Assembly (NCBI RefSeq): GCF_963853765.1
Contig: NC_088857.1
Location: 46,562,001-46,626,000, forward strand
Source of the DNA: Magallana gigas
Lineage: Eukaryota
DNA length: 64,000 bases
Reading direction: 5' to 3'
This document shows positions 1 through 13,614 of the stretch, in pieces. The notes beneath the pieces were generated by a model. That model ran no database searches, was not told where the DNA came from, and was given only the letters and a program-made list of their open reading frames with translations. Numbering within the stretch: position 1 is the first letter of the stretch; every line of letters starts with the position of its first letter. The translations under genes and the position numbers were made by a program.

Positions 1-600
1 GAGTAAATCTTTAATGTCAGAAGTTCTGAATGTGCTCAATTTCTAACTGATCACTTTTTTGACAGGATTTTTTTTAACTACAAAGGATGGAAGTGCAGTT
101 TATATATATATTTGTACATGTATAACAAATATTATGAATTGTGTGTATTAAAAGTGGTAAACGAAAATAAATAAATCATGCTCCTGTTAGTGATATGTTC
201 TTTCTATCGCATTGGATTTTTTCAGGGGTGGGTTCCGTCAACAAGCACCTGTGCGTTTGACATGCCTTATTCAGTCACGTCTGCTGATTTTCAATCGCAT
301 CTCAGTGTTTTACATATATTGTACTGAAAAAAATATGTCAAGGACGTTGCACAAAGGGGACTTTACAGAGAACGAATAATCACTAGTGGTTGTTCAATTT
401 ATGAAAATTGCAGCATTGAAAAGAGTTTATATATAGTCTTCAAAGTAAAATCTCAAGATCATTAATCCCACACCAAGTAAATGTAAATGTTTGTAAACAT
501 CTCCCGATCAGTACCATGAGGTTCGGTGTTAATCGAAGCGAAAGACTAATTAAACGACTGGCGAGAAAAAAGGTCACCAACTCTTACATGTATTTGTTAA

Positions 601-924
601 GGTGGTATGGGACATGTCCATGTTGTGAGGTATTGTTTATCGAAATAAAACAATAAAATTAAGTGAACTTATAAAAAATTAAGTTCCTTTCCCAATAATG
701 TCATCTACATGTAACAGCGTAGCGAAGTGGGTTGAAGGATTTACTACGAATCTGGAAGTCATGAGTTCGAATCCCACTCGGAGCTTTACAATATTTACCT
801 CTCCAAGTTTTTTAAAAGCAATTTTTTGTTTAAATTTTGTAAAATTTGAAAATTCTAAACTGGTGAAATTATTTCAATTACGTGCTTTAATCCACATTAA
901 TATCGACAGATGTCCCATACCAAC
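601..924. mobile_element. Non-autonomous TIR element with TTAA target-site duplication (Kolobok-like MITE)
   Basis: TIRs GGTGGTATGGGACAT (601-615) and ATGTCCCATACCAAC (910-924), 1 mismatch; TTAA on both sides (597-600, 925-928). TTAA TSD with a purine-purine 5' end is typical of Kolobok; the superfamily call is inference. Confidence 0.7.
716..785 (+). other. tRNA-derived segment (Pol III A and B boxes) inside the MITE; not a functional tRNA
   Basis: A-box TAGCGAAGTGG (720-730) and B-box-like GAGTTCGAATC (763-773) at tRNA spacing. Acceptor and anticodon stems do not pair properly. Confidence 0.6.
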
Positions 925-937
925 TTAAATACGATTC

Positions 938-940
<3 letters not shown>

Positions 941-994
<54 letters not shown>
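941..994. repeat. (GT)n microsatellite
   Basis: Uninterrupted GT run. Confidence 0.95.
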
Positions 995-997
<3 letters not shown>

Positions 998-1986
998 GGT
1001 GCGATTCTCTCTGCGTTTCTAAAATTATTTTTGCTTTAGTTATCATTAGATCAAGATTATTTAAAAGAAAAATATGAGCCGTAATTTTCAAACTTTGTTT
1101 CGTTTCAAAAACCTGCCTCTAAGGTAACTCTGCATGTTTCATGAATCTTTATTATAAATAGTTGATCTGCTACAGTTCAATTGTAAAGCATCTGCAGATG
1201 AAGACAGAAATGAGCCATAGAACGAAAAATAAATGTCTCTGATGTATAATCTCAAAAGGTACACAAATAAGGAGAAAAACCCACCAAAAGAAATTAAAAA
1301 AAAAACTAAGAAGCAAAGAAACAAACGAATGTCAAACTAACAAACAACAACAACAAAACTATTATTTTTATCAACTTAAACTCTTTAAAAAACATTATTT
1401 CCCTCAAAATAATCGCACACTACAAGTGTACATATTATATCTTAGACAATTTTACTAAATACTATTGAATACTAGTGACCTAGTAATCAAGAAATATTGG
1501 TCCTTCAGAAAATAAAACAAAAATGAGTCTTTTAAATAAGTATTGTTTCATTAAGACGAAGTCGTACTTACATCAACATTAATATATGGGTGTCTTATAA
1601 TATTTATAATACTATGGAGCTACAATTATTTAATTTTTAAAAAATGACGAAAAATTAATGAAATATTTAATTTACAACCCTTTAACCTTTATATCAGATA
1701 TGAACACATGGTAAGCATCATGTATTGTACATGCTGTTTACGACAATAAAACAATTGTACATTTAGTATACCGCAATAACATCATGAGCATTAGCCCAGT
1801 TTACAACAATATTTACAAACAGCAAACAAAAGATGTCCGCCTGTAACAACGATTGTATACATCGTCAAAAGGTAAAGTATAACAATTTCATAATTAAATT
1901 GACATGTCGGATGAAAAACATATGGTAATCCTGAGAAGGAGAAATGCCATGTTTTATAACAATAGAGACCACTATGTAGAACATTA

Positions 1987-4900
1987 TCATATATTCCGTG
2001 TTTTCCTCCTTTTCCCCCTTTTACCAATGGCCCTGTGGTTTATGTTTACATTAGATCTACTTTGATGGGAACCATTATCTCTTCTCACTATTTTTACAGG
2101 CTCCATACTTTTGAATTTAACCATCTTTTTTAGATAGTTATGAGTTTCACTACGGTTCAGTTTTGCATCAAGTTTATATTTCTTCATTGAAATATCTTTA
2201 GTTTCTCGTTTCTTTTGTTGGTATGGTACTTTTGATGTCTTTAAAATTGATCCCTTTGACCTGACTTTTTCTTCCTGGCGCTTTTTAACCATTGCAAACC
2301 ATTCCTCGAAATTCTTGGATACTTTTATTAGCTGGTCTATTTCAGAATTCGGGTTAAGTTTGGATGCCTTCTTCCTCTCATAGTACCTTTTCAATGTATT
2401 GGTTTTTGATAAGTTTTTTCTTAAGGCTGTTTTTGGTCTATAGTTGAAAGCCGTATCTTTCCATAAATACCGGTCATCATTTAACATCTCCGCTAGTTTT
2501 CTGTTTGGTTCTTCGAAAAACTCGGTTAAGATCTCCCATGTTTCATTTAACATAGATCCCTGAACGGTTTTCAGTTTGGTCTCGTATGCCTTTGGTAGAT
2601 TAACAATAGTATCCACCAGTCGAGTGCTGATATCACCTGTCATAGAAAACACAAGAAACTTGTATTATGACTTCCAATTTTTGCTATGGAAAATTATATA
2701 GACAGAAACCGGGAAACTCTTTTAGTAATATTTGTCAATTGTAAATATTCATCGGAACTATTTAACGGCAGCATTTGAATATCTTCGCGTATAATTCGGA
2801 ACCTTTGTGATGTTACTAGTGTCTTACATCGCAAAAAAATATTGGGTTTTTTTTATATGAAATAATTATCTACTGACTATTCAGACAATAGAAAGTTAAA
2901 CAGTTTAACCCACTAACACCCCTCGTTCAACAGAAACTGGAAATGGGAACTTGTGTTACTGTCCTTGGGTAGGCAATTTAACGTTGCAGAAAGTTCCTGT
3001 AACAAAACATAAAGGTACCTGTCGCAATAGGTACTGATTTTATAAAAATGTCTTTCACTCCTTATATGTTAAGGAATCCTGCATCGAGAATGAATAAATA
3101 GCACTCTGTGTATAAAGTCAATAGATATTCTGAACCGTGATATCTTCTAGGAAAATGCAATGAATGTAAGTGTAAATGGAGTATAATGTTATTGAAGAGA
3201 TCTATCTATTTTAAGTGTTCTCTTATTCAGAATTAAACAGGAAAATTTACATAAAAAACAACCTGAAGAATAGATTTAAGTAATTAAAACTTTCTTTTTT
3301 TATCATTATTCAATTTACCGCAAAAACACGAAGACCTATGCGTTACCACTGGTCCACGCATTTACCATTTTTATTGGCTGTCTTTTTGATATATGTTGCT
3401 ATATACAGGATTGTACTTAAAAAGTCACTAATTTTCAGTACGAAGACCACGTTAAACCAAAATTAGTTTAATGTAAACGTGTACTAAAATTTCTGTAGAA
3501 CATGATTTTAATCGGATTTCTTTAGTTTACAGTGGTTCAAATAGTCAAATACCCGTTTCCAACATTTAATTGCATACCACAAGTACCTATTTTCCTATAA
3601 TTCTTAACAAATCCTTAAGATTTTAATAATGTCGTGTAAGATAATTAAGACCCTTTTAACATTGGAATTGTGTTATTTGCGGTTTTTTAATATACTTTAA
3701 CGAAATATTTTCAAAATATTGAAATTGTCTGATGATTGCAAAAACGTTTAATTGTAGGCGAAATCGTGTACTAAGTGCACAATACCTCTTTATATATCTA
3801 ATAGACATGAAAACATGGGCTACATACATGTACAGGTACAGTTGAATTTTTTCTTAAAAAGGAAAATTAGGTTTCAAAAGAGAAACATTACAGATTTAAA
3901 ACTGGTGAGATAAACATAAAAAAGTAATTAGGCTTCTAAAGAGGCTATTAGACTAATGATGAATATACAGATAAATTCTTGATACTAGTAATAAAAACAC
4001 ACGGACTGAATCTGAGAGTACTTTTAAGCCAAAAAGAAGATATTTAATTAACTTATAAGATTTTGTTATGCTAGTAAACATATGACTAATATTTTAGTCT
4101 AACCTGCAGTTAGTTGTTTATTTGTTAATCAATCTAATAGTTTAAAAAGAACAACATTGGGGTTAAAACTACATACCGACTTCGAGAAACTCAAATAATT
4201 TGAATAGGCTGTACTTCTTATCTTTCCTATAATCTTCATTTCTAAAGATGAATATTTGATCCCGTGGGAAAACAGACATCCATTCTTTTAGATGAATATA
4301 GTACAAACTTGCTGACAATGGAAGCTAAAGGAAATAAATACAGAACATAAGCGTATTAGTAAAAGTAAAAACATAGGTAATCACAGATTACAAAGCTCAC
4401 CGAGACGAGGCATCACCTTTATGAGGCATCACCTTAAGACCACCTTTATCATGAAATATGAAAATCATACTTTATGATCTTGGATATTCATGGATACTGA
4501 TTTGACACAATATCGATAATCATCTGTTAAAAAATTGTATGATAATCATCTATTCATTTCATAAGATATTATAAGATACAAAGTTTATCAATACAATAAT
4601 ATAAAAAACAATATTGTTTCATACCATACTAACAATATATATCATATAATACAATAAAATACCGTAATAAATAATGAGATTTTATATTGTAACACATCAT
4701 TTGACATTGTATTGTGTTTTACATTGATGTATTTGATCACATAATACAATATCATTATATATGATATAATATAGTATTATATGATGTAATATCATATCAC
4801 ATAATACATCACAAAATTGTACATCATAATATCATATTGTTTAATATAGTATGACATTGTATTGAATGATACTGTATCAAATTTGATACATAATATGATA

Positions 4901-7900
4901 TTGAATCATATGATACAATATAATTTGATACAAAATTGAATCATATCATATGATACAATATCAAGTGATATAGTAATATATTATATAATACAATATCATT
5001 ATAAATATTGTATCATATAATACAATATTATATATTTCAATATCATATTATACAATACCCTGTGATATAATAATAGATTATATAAACTTATATCATATTA
5101 TACAATATCATATGATACTATATAATATAATATACAATATCGTATTATATGATACAATATTATATTTTGCAATATCATTTTAACAGTATCATGTGATTTA
5201 ATAATATGTTAATGATACAATATCATATTATACAACATTGTATCATAATATACAATACTATACATAACAATATCATGAAACAATATCATATCATAAAATA
5301 TAAAAAAAATTGATACAATATCATATCGTATCATATAACTTTATACAATATAACATATGATATAATATTGTTTCATATTAATCAATTGAGTATCATATCA
5401 TACAATACTATATCATAGGAATCATGTTATATCATTTAACAACAAACACATCTATCAAGCAGGTTTGAGTGAGGTAGGAGATTTTTTTTAGCATCCTTGA
5501 TAATGGAGATCAGGCTCTGCATCTGAAGATACCTCTGCAATTCATTTATATTATAGTAAATCAACTATGCAAGCTATTATCTATAAAACATGTGACATGT
5601 TATATAAAAACTTAACCTCATCCAGCATCCAAAACCTATGGCTCAGATTCAGCATTCACTCCTGTCAGGTGCATCAGTATCATAAGACGCATCATCAATG
5701 CAAGCTTAGTGAAGTTAGAACCAGTAATAACTAAGATATCATCATCAGAGGGCACCTGTTTCAAAACCTTTAACCAGCTCTAAAAACTTTAACCTCCTTC
5801 AGCATCCAAAACCTATGGCGCAGATTCAGTATTCAAGCCAGTCTGGTGCATAAGTATCATAACATGCACCATCTATGCAAATTTGGTGAAGTTAGGACCA
5901 GTAGTAATTAAGATATCATCAAAGGGCACCTGCTCCAAAAACTTTAACCAGCTCTAAAAACTTTAACCTCCTTCAGCATCCAAAAACTATGGCTCAGATT
6001 CAGCATTCAAGCCTGTCTGGTGCATCAGTATCATAAGACCCACAATCCATGCAAGTTTGGTGATGTATGGCCAGTAATAACTAAGATATATTCATCAGAG
6101 GGTACCTGCTCCAAAAAACTTTAACCAGTTCTAAAAACCTTAACCTCCTCCAGCATCCAAAAACTATGCTTCAAATTCAGCATTCCAGCCTGTCTGGTGC
6201 ATCAGTATCATAAGACCCACGATCCATGCAAGTTTGGTAACGTTAGGACCAGTAGTTACTAAGATATATTAATCAGAGGGCACCTGCTCCAAAAACTTTA
6301 ACCAGTTCTAAAAACCTTAACCTCCTCCAGCATCCAAAACCTATGGCTCAGATTTAGCATTCAAGCCAGTCTAGTGCATCAGTATCATAAGACGCATCAT
6401 CAATGCAAGCTTAGTGCAGTTAGAACCAGTAATAACTAAGATACTATCCTCAGAGGGCACCTGTTTCAAAAACTTTAACTAGCTCTAAAAACCTTAACCT
6501 CCAGCATCCAAAACCTATAGCTCAGATTCAGCATTCAAGCCAGTCTGGTGCATCAGGATCATAAGACCCACAATCCATGCAAGTTTGGTGACGTTAGGAC
6601 CAGTAATAACTAAGATATATTCATCAGAGGGCACCTGCTCCAAAAACTTTAACCAGTTCTAATAACCTTAACCTCCTCCAGCATCCGAAACCTATGGCTC
6701 AGATTTTGCATTAAAGCCTGTCTGGTGCATCAGTATCATAAGACCCACCATCCATGCAAGTTTGGTGAAGCTAGAACCAGTAGTAACTTAGATATTGCTA
6801 CCAAGGGGCACCTGCAACAAAAACTTTAACTTGCTCCAAAAACCTTAACCTCCTGACCAGCACCTGAAATTCAGGATTCAGATTCAGCATCCAAGTCTTT
6901 CAAGTCCATACGTAGGTCCAGATGCATCATCCATGCAAGTTTGGTGAAGATAGGAAAAGTAATAGCTTAGATACAGGACCTGCAACAAATACTTTAACCA
7001 AGTGCGGACGCCGACGCCATAGTTTAATGTAAATGTGTGCTATGCTGATATATATACCTTAAAAACATCAATTAACCATATCCAACAGAGAGACAGCTAA
7101 TGAAATTTAAACAATAGCCCAATAAACAAATAAACAAAAGCCATTACCGGTAAAGTTGTTGTCAAATTATGTCCATATAAACAACCCCTGTAACTGCTCC
7201 TTTCCACGCATTCATTTAAGCGTTGAATCCCCGCGATGACGTCATGGTGAAATTCCTCTGGGGTCCTCCCGTACCCTCCATGATAATAATGACTGTAGAG
7301 CCTGCAATGTCAATTCACTTACCTTTAGTCGAGCTCTTTTATTTATTTATTTTCTTACACTATTTACGCATTATCTTAATCAACTTTATTTGAGCCTAAA
7401 AAATCATACTTTGAACTATGATAATTGTCTGTAGGTTGTGTTTGATTCAGAGTGGACCTGTTGCTCGAAAGTCCGGATTGCATATATGCATGTACACGTA
7501 GGGAACAAAGGACCGGTATATTTCATGTCTGTATTCTAATAACAGCCTCCCTTCTTGACCCCCAATGGTGAATGTTTGTTCACTTTTTAAATTGCTCGTC
7601 AGGAATATTTGGTATGAGTCCTGACCTTCCACCCACACTTGGCCCGTTGCTACGAGCCATATATGGGTCGATAGATAAATCTTTGAAAACTTAAACGTGA
7701 ATATGGACAAAACTAAGAGAAATCTAATAAAAAAAAGTACCTTTCCGCGGGTTCTCGGAGGAGAAGAATGAGTTTGATGTTAGGAAGCACGTGCTTCACG
7801 AGGTGTGGGGTCATGACCTTTGGGACGTTAGCATAGGGATCGTTCTGGTGAATGTCTCGCCAATGTTTGTGATCCCAGAAATCCATGGGATCGCCGTGCC

Positions 7901-9691
7901 CTGTAGGAGTTATACCAATGTTGCGAAGTTATGGAACCAGAAATCCAGATATATGGAAATGTTGGACAATCATGAGTTACAAACAACAAGTATTTATAAT
8001 GAATACAGTACTGTGGTTTCATTAATATTCAAGGGTATCAATTTTCGTGGATAAAGACTTTAGTGAATATCACAGTTTCAAGGATTCGTAAATTCGTGGC
8101 CAATGACCCTTTCAATACAAAATGTTAATAGAAATTGCATTTCAATGAATATTTAATTTCATGGATCAACTCAACAACGAAATCCACGAAAATCGTTATT
8201 CAACGAATATTGATGAAACCAAAGTATATGTTTATCATCCTTAAATCATTTAATATTTATTCGTTTGATGAGATATCGGCGCTTCTGATTGGTTGAAAAA
8301 TTTCTTTGATACCTGCATCAATAAAATTTTCGCCGGATCTACTTTTCTCAACTGCTCTGATCTAACACTATTTATAGAACGGGAATTTCCAAGATAAACA
8401 CTGTCAACAAAATGTAGTGTTGTGTCTGTTTAATGTCAGCAAACAAAATGCAAACTTGTGAATATAAAAACTTGAAAGTTTAACCTTCAAAAATAAACAA
8501 AACACTTTGTTTGATTCACGAAATAGAAAATTAAGCGTCTTCTCACGATTTCGTCTGCTTGAGATCAATCAACATTTACAGCGAGGCTGGCTGTTCCTTT
8601 TAAGGATTTCAATATTATAACGAACGTATAGGCATATAAACTTTCACGGTAACACTGCTGTTCCAATTTGGTAACGATAATTTTAAAATTTACACACGTA
8701 GATGATCGGCCATCAAAATAAGCGTCGTATAGAAAAGCTATGAGTAATGCATCAACTCCTTCGGTGAATTCCAAGCGGCAGATATATACCATTTAAGTAC
8801 GTCACTGGCTATCTAGTTACCACAAAGTATACAAAAGTCGCTTATACATACTATTCTTTGTCGACATATCAGCTATTTTCGTCCACGATCGCTTTTCCTT
8901 GGATGGTTATGTCCAGTTGCATATTCCAGCGATCTCGCATGAAAACTAGTTTTAATACACAGTGAATGATATCACAAGCTATCGCATGTACAGTCTGTAT
9001 TTTCCTTTCGTTTTCAATTCAGCCGGTTCAAATTTATCTCACTATTTGTGTTTAATCCATTAAATTCAGCCCAGTAGCTCTGCATCAGCTGAAGGCGAAT
9101 CCATTTTGAATATTGTTGCTGTTGTTGTTTTGTATTCATACGCGCCGCTTCTTTTACATTATTTACATTTTTGATCAATGACACTTCACATTTTTTTATT
9201 TGAAAATGTTTTATTAAATGATAAGAAATGAAGATAATAATTTCTCTATTGATCGACGTATCAAAGAAAAAATTGACCGGAAAACTTTTTCATCAATGCG
9301 CTTCTTAAATCAATATCATTCATAGATGAACGCAATAGGATCTATACGACCATCGCAACAACACCAGAGAAGCTGAGATTGACTTATTCTTGAGGGGTTT
9401 TTTTGAGAAATTAAAATTTTGTGGATATAAATGATTTTTTAAAAGGATATTTAGTCCATAAATGGTATACATTATTTACAATATTTGTTTTAGATTTACA
9501 TACGTAACAGGAATTTTTCAACCAGAGAATTCATAATTTTCTTATATTTAACAGTTATTCTGAAATTTAATCATAACATCTAGCTTCAAGTCTTTATGTC
9601 TGTCTTTTCGTGTGTCTGTTTTTCTCTGTCTGTCCGTCTCCTTTTTTCCCTTTAGTAGAGAGTCTGTACAGACAAAAGAGTAAAAGAATCA

Positions 9692-9763
<72 letters not shown>

Positions 9764-11044
9764 GAGGAAAAAAAGTACCTGTTATAAGATCTGAATACTG
9801 TGACCCATCTTCTATAGACATTTTAGTCTCCCCAATTTTTTGAGCGTCAAACGCTCGTGTGAACTGTTTTACAGTCACTTTAGTATATCCGTCGGTATCT
9901 GAACAACAAAATTATCAAAGTTATCATTTATCACCAGTATATTATGTTACAACATAAGACAGAGTCAAATTTATATTGCAATTCTGCACATATATAGTGT
10001 AGAATAAGGGACATGTAATTATGGCAATGTACGTACATTCTCCGTATCTCCTCCAGGACCAAAACCATGTTTCTTTCCCCAGAACCCCCGCATTGGGCAA
10101 GATCTGGGGGTGCTGAATTAATCTAAAGAAGAGGTCTGTTGTCCCTGTCTTGCAAACGCCAAAAATGTGAAAATAAGGCAGGCACCGAAGAGTTTTGTTT
10201 TGAACAGAGGAAGAACTGCTTTGACTTTTTCCGGATGGTTCATACCAGCAAGGGTTTTTGAAATTCTTGAGGAACGTCCTTTTCTCCTAAGACAATTGAA
10301 AAAAACAACCCAGACTCGTTAGCAGAATGGATTTCCATTGTGTGGTACATGTAGCAAATGGTTGTTATTGCTTTAACTCTGACCAAAAAATGGCGATCAC
10401 ATTTTATGGTTTAAACAACAGACAAACGTGGATATATAACGAATTCATGTACGGGATATTTCATCCAATCACACTTTCAAGCCAGACAGTGTTCTTGGCT
10501 ACATATATGTGAGGCACATGCTTGTAATTGTTGTCTACGATTATCGTAACTTTCGGGTATGATGGTAAAATTGAGAAAAGAAATGCACTTTAATGTTATT
10601 CTAAGCACTATTGTTTCACCTGCGTTTCAAACTAAACTTGCTGCATAAAATAAATGAAAACTTTATTAAATTTCCTAGACCACATAGTGGTAAAGCTGCG
10701 GGTGCTGACTCTATAATGTCATTTGCAAACTCTACGACAACGACCAGATACATGTAGTACCGACACTACCGCAATGAAAAACGAAATTACCAAGAACCAA
10801 ACAATTCATATAACGTCATACATACCAAGCAAAGAATGTCCTCTACGCGCGTACTGGAAACGTTGCTTGGACAAGAATATTTCTCTGGCTTTACAGTGTA
10901 TTCTTTCACGAACACTTTGTGTACAAAGAGTGCCTCCAGCGAAGGTTGGATGTATTTTTGTCGTAGATCGATTTGAAGGGAAATGAGTATCACCAATACA
11001 CCGAATAAACACAGGCCAAAGAAGGAGCGGGTGATGTGTTTCAT
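1987..11044 (-). CDS. CHST15: Carbohydrate sulfotransferase 15-like (GalNAc4S-6ST family), type II Golgi membrane protein, 566 aa
   Basis: Exons 10826-11044, 10037-10286, 9779-9898, 7741-7900, 7148-7301, 4177-4324, 1987-2636 (1701 nt, all GT-AG, phases compatible). N-terminal TM (FFGLCLFGVLVILISL), FKNPCWY, LRCLPYFHIFGVCKTGTTDL (5'-PSB), KLILLLREPAERLYSHY (3'-PB), WMSVFPRDQ, MLNETWEILTEFF..N..LAEMLNDDRYLW. An acceptor AG just before the ATG implies an unlocated upstream UTR exon. Confidence 0.9.
4560..5435. repeat. Degenerate AT-rich low-complexity repeat (TATCA/TGATA/TACAA words), intronic
   Basis: About 870 bp built from atatcatatgatacaatat-like words. Confidence 0.8.
5600..7010. repeat. 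Tandem array of about 8 units of 174-179 bp in a CHST15 intron
   Basis: Anchor AGCATCC recurs at 5624, 5801, 5975, 6152, 6329, 6503, 6680 (spacing 177/174), with a degenerate last unit near 6859. Core tccatgcaagtttggtgaag; ends with cggacgccgacgcc. Confidence 0.92.
8011..8224. mobile_element. MITE with TA TSD (Tc1/mariner-type), copy 1
   Basis: TA|CTGTGGTTTCATTAATATTC...GAATATTGATGAAACCAAAG|TA; closely similar copy at 27525-27732. Confidence 0.85.
8230..9390. mobile_element. Putative non-autonomous DNA element with subterminal inverted repeats
   Basis: tttctttgatacctgcatcaata (8301-8323) is the reverse complement, with 3 mismatches, of tattgatcgacgtatcaaagaaa (9247-9269). Exact ends and TSD not resolved. 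Confidence 0.4.
9692..9761. repeat. (CT)n microsatellite just inside a CHST15 intron donor
   Basis: CT run of about 70 bp. Confidence 0.95.
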
Positions 11045-11904
11045 CCTGAAAATAGATTAATAATTTGAAATGAAAAATGGGGTTAAATCCAGTTGGTGTT
11101 AAATCATGTTATGAAGACAGAATATGATTTGATCCAATACGATGTAAATGGCAGATATGTATAACGAAATTCATTTACTTATTTTAAATTCCAATCTTGT
11201 TATATAAAAATGTGTCTAATTAGATATTCGTGGCTTAGAAATGAAGATTGACATCTAAAAAATGTTGATGTCGTCATCACTTATTTATCAGTTTTCACAA
11301 ACAGTTAATGAATAGCAGACTTCAAGGAAACATACTTTAACTAGATACATGTACATGTATAACACTTACTTGTAAACGCTGTGCAACATTGTTAAAACTT
11401 CGCGACATTGATTTTACTTGTTCAATATCTGACTGGTGGTACTTATTTAATGCATTAAGTATCAAATGATCCAGGCTGGCTGGAATATTGAGACACAATT
11501 GAGGTATAATTGCTATTATTATCCGATAATCATGCCTCCGGTATTCTCATGATCCATAACTAAACAATTGTTGTACATTGCTCATTGATTTTGTCATGAA
11601 TTTATGTTAAATCATTACTTTACTGAGTTGCTTACATATTATCATATTCAATTTATGTCATACATCAAGGACGAAACGTTTTTCGTGGTTCCTATTCTTG
11701 ATTTCGTTTTATATAAACAGTCACACAGCATTTGTAAAAATGCAGAAAAATAATTCTAAAAAAGTAAAAAACTTCTTTCAAGAATTACACACGTACATAT
11801 CCCTGTGTTGAAGCCAGCATCAAGCAAACGAGTTCACATCCATCAAAATATCACATGATACGAAAAGTTATAATCATTCCAATTGTCTTTATATTAAGAA
11901 CTAC

Positions 11905-12056
11905 NNNNNNNNNNNNNNNNNNNNNNNNNNNNNNNNNNNNNNNNNNNNNNNNNNNNNNNNNNNNNNNNNNNNNNNNNNNNNNNNNNNNNNNNNNNNNNNN
12001 NNNNNNNNNNNNNNNNNNNNNNNNNNNNNNNNNNNNNNNNNNNNNNNNNNNNNNNN
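11905..12056. other. Assembly gap
   Basis: Run of N. Confidence 1.
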
Positions 12057-12339
12057 CGCGGTAAAATGGTTAGACTTTAGGAATTCAGAGAGATGAGATG
12101 AACGTAACTTTATATAGCACTATCTGCCCAGTTATTTTATTTATTAGAGTAATTAATTACAGTGTAGTATACATGATTATAATGATGACACAATATTTAC
12201 ATCGTATATGTGATACCATATGATGGTTCCTGTGGATTTTTAAAGGTAATAAGAGATTTAATGCATAAAAAACCCACCGCAATCATGATACATGTAAATT
12301 TACATGTAATTAAAAACATGCAATGCATATATTTAAACA

Positions 12340-12480
12340 ATAAAATGCTTTCTTTGGTGATTCATTCAGTATATGAAGGTAACGACATTGCATAAAAATA
12401 CATAACCCGCGTTGTAATTTTTATTCTCCAATGATCGCTACCTTCATAACCTGCATGAATCATCAATGAAAGCATTTTAT
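12340..12480. mobile_element. Palindromic (foldback) short element
   Basis: Left arm ataaaatgctttctttggtgattcattcagtatatgaaggtaacgacattg pairs imperfectly with right arm caatgatcgctaccttcataacctgcatgaatcatcaatgaaagcattttat (about 50 bp arms). Confidence 0.65.
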
Positions 12481-13614
12481 CATTTATATTAACATCTTTC
12501 TTTTAATTAATCAATAAATTGATTAGTGAAAATCGCTTAATTACTGTTAATGTACATAAGTACGTTAGCTAAAAGAAACAGCCAAATAGTCTCCTGTGAG
12601 ATTTTGAGTCTGACATCATCATGATTATTTCGTGCAGTTTGTAATTTTTTTTAGGCTTTGACTTATCGATAAACAGGGCGTGTCAATTTCAGTCCTGTCA
12701 ATTTCTTGTCAGTTTCAGTCGCTGTAGATTTCGACCAATCGATAAATAGTTAATATTTACAAGACGTATTCAATGTACTATATCTACATCTACCAAATAT
12801 TATAAAATTTTCAATATTTCTTACGGAAACTTACAGTTAATTCATAGCTCTATAGAAACAGCCAGACTGAAATCTACACGGCCCGTTTATCAGATTATTG
12901 AATTAGATCATGTTGAACTGTTGGGGGATAAAAAGGGCAAAGAACCAACTCTGATTTAAGAAAAAATCGATTTCAGCCAAGAAAATGTCTTTTTTTTCAA
13001 TTTTGAAATACATTTGACAAGCTATGTGTCCCTTAACTCGCACTGGTTACATGTATATAATCTATGTTTACTGTATTTACATAGGGGCATCTCAGTTGTT
13101 TCTCCTAGCTTTGAGCAAGGATTATTGTTGTGGAAACTAACTACAGGTCTAATACATGCCAATTTTATTTCCATAGTTCTTTAAAATTGAACCATGCTAG
13201 AAGCGAATAAAAACAGTGAGTGGGCTTGAAATAAATTTTACCTTATAAATTAAAAAGCTAGGTAGATTTTGTATGTAACCTCATGACTATGTCAAAATAT
13301 TGCTTAGCTATACAATTATTCAAAGATTTAACTTATTGTATTCGGAGACAAGCTTAAGATGAGTGAAATACATAAATATACGATTAAACTGTGGACTAAT
13401 GCTTTAGAAGTTGATGAGTTTTTACACCAAACCATCCCCATTATCTTGAGTCATTTGTTCTTATCGATCACGTGATGTGTGCTTAACTTTGCTGAATTTA
13501 AATGCAATTCAAGCATACAGAAGCATTTGGCAAATTAACAATTTGCAAACTTCAATAGGGATAATTAAGGGGTTTTTAAAACTTTTTTTTAACAAAATCT
13601 CTGAAAAAGAATAA

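Noticed and set aside
521-531. GGTTCGGTGTT word shared with the N6AMT1 promoter core
   Set aside because: Only 11 nt with no flanking similarity, which is compatible with chance.
716-785. Functional tRNA gene
   Set aside because: Only the A and B boxes are recognisable; the stems do not pair and it lies inside a MITE.
7447-7710. 87-aa minus-strand ORF as a possible CHST15 exon
   Set aside because: The phase required after exon 4 gives an early stop and there are no sulfotransferase motifs; exon 7148-7301 supplies the expected RLYSHY continuation.
9594-9878. ORFs with ERERER / SLSLSL runs (also 56769-56990)
   Set aside because: Microsatellite read-through; only 9779-9898 is a real exon.
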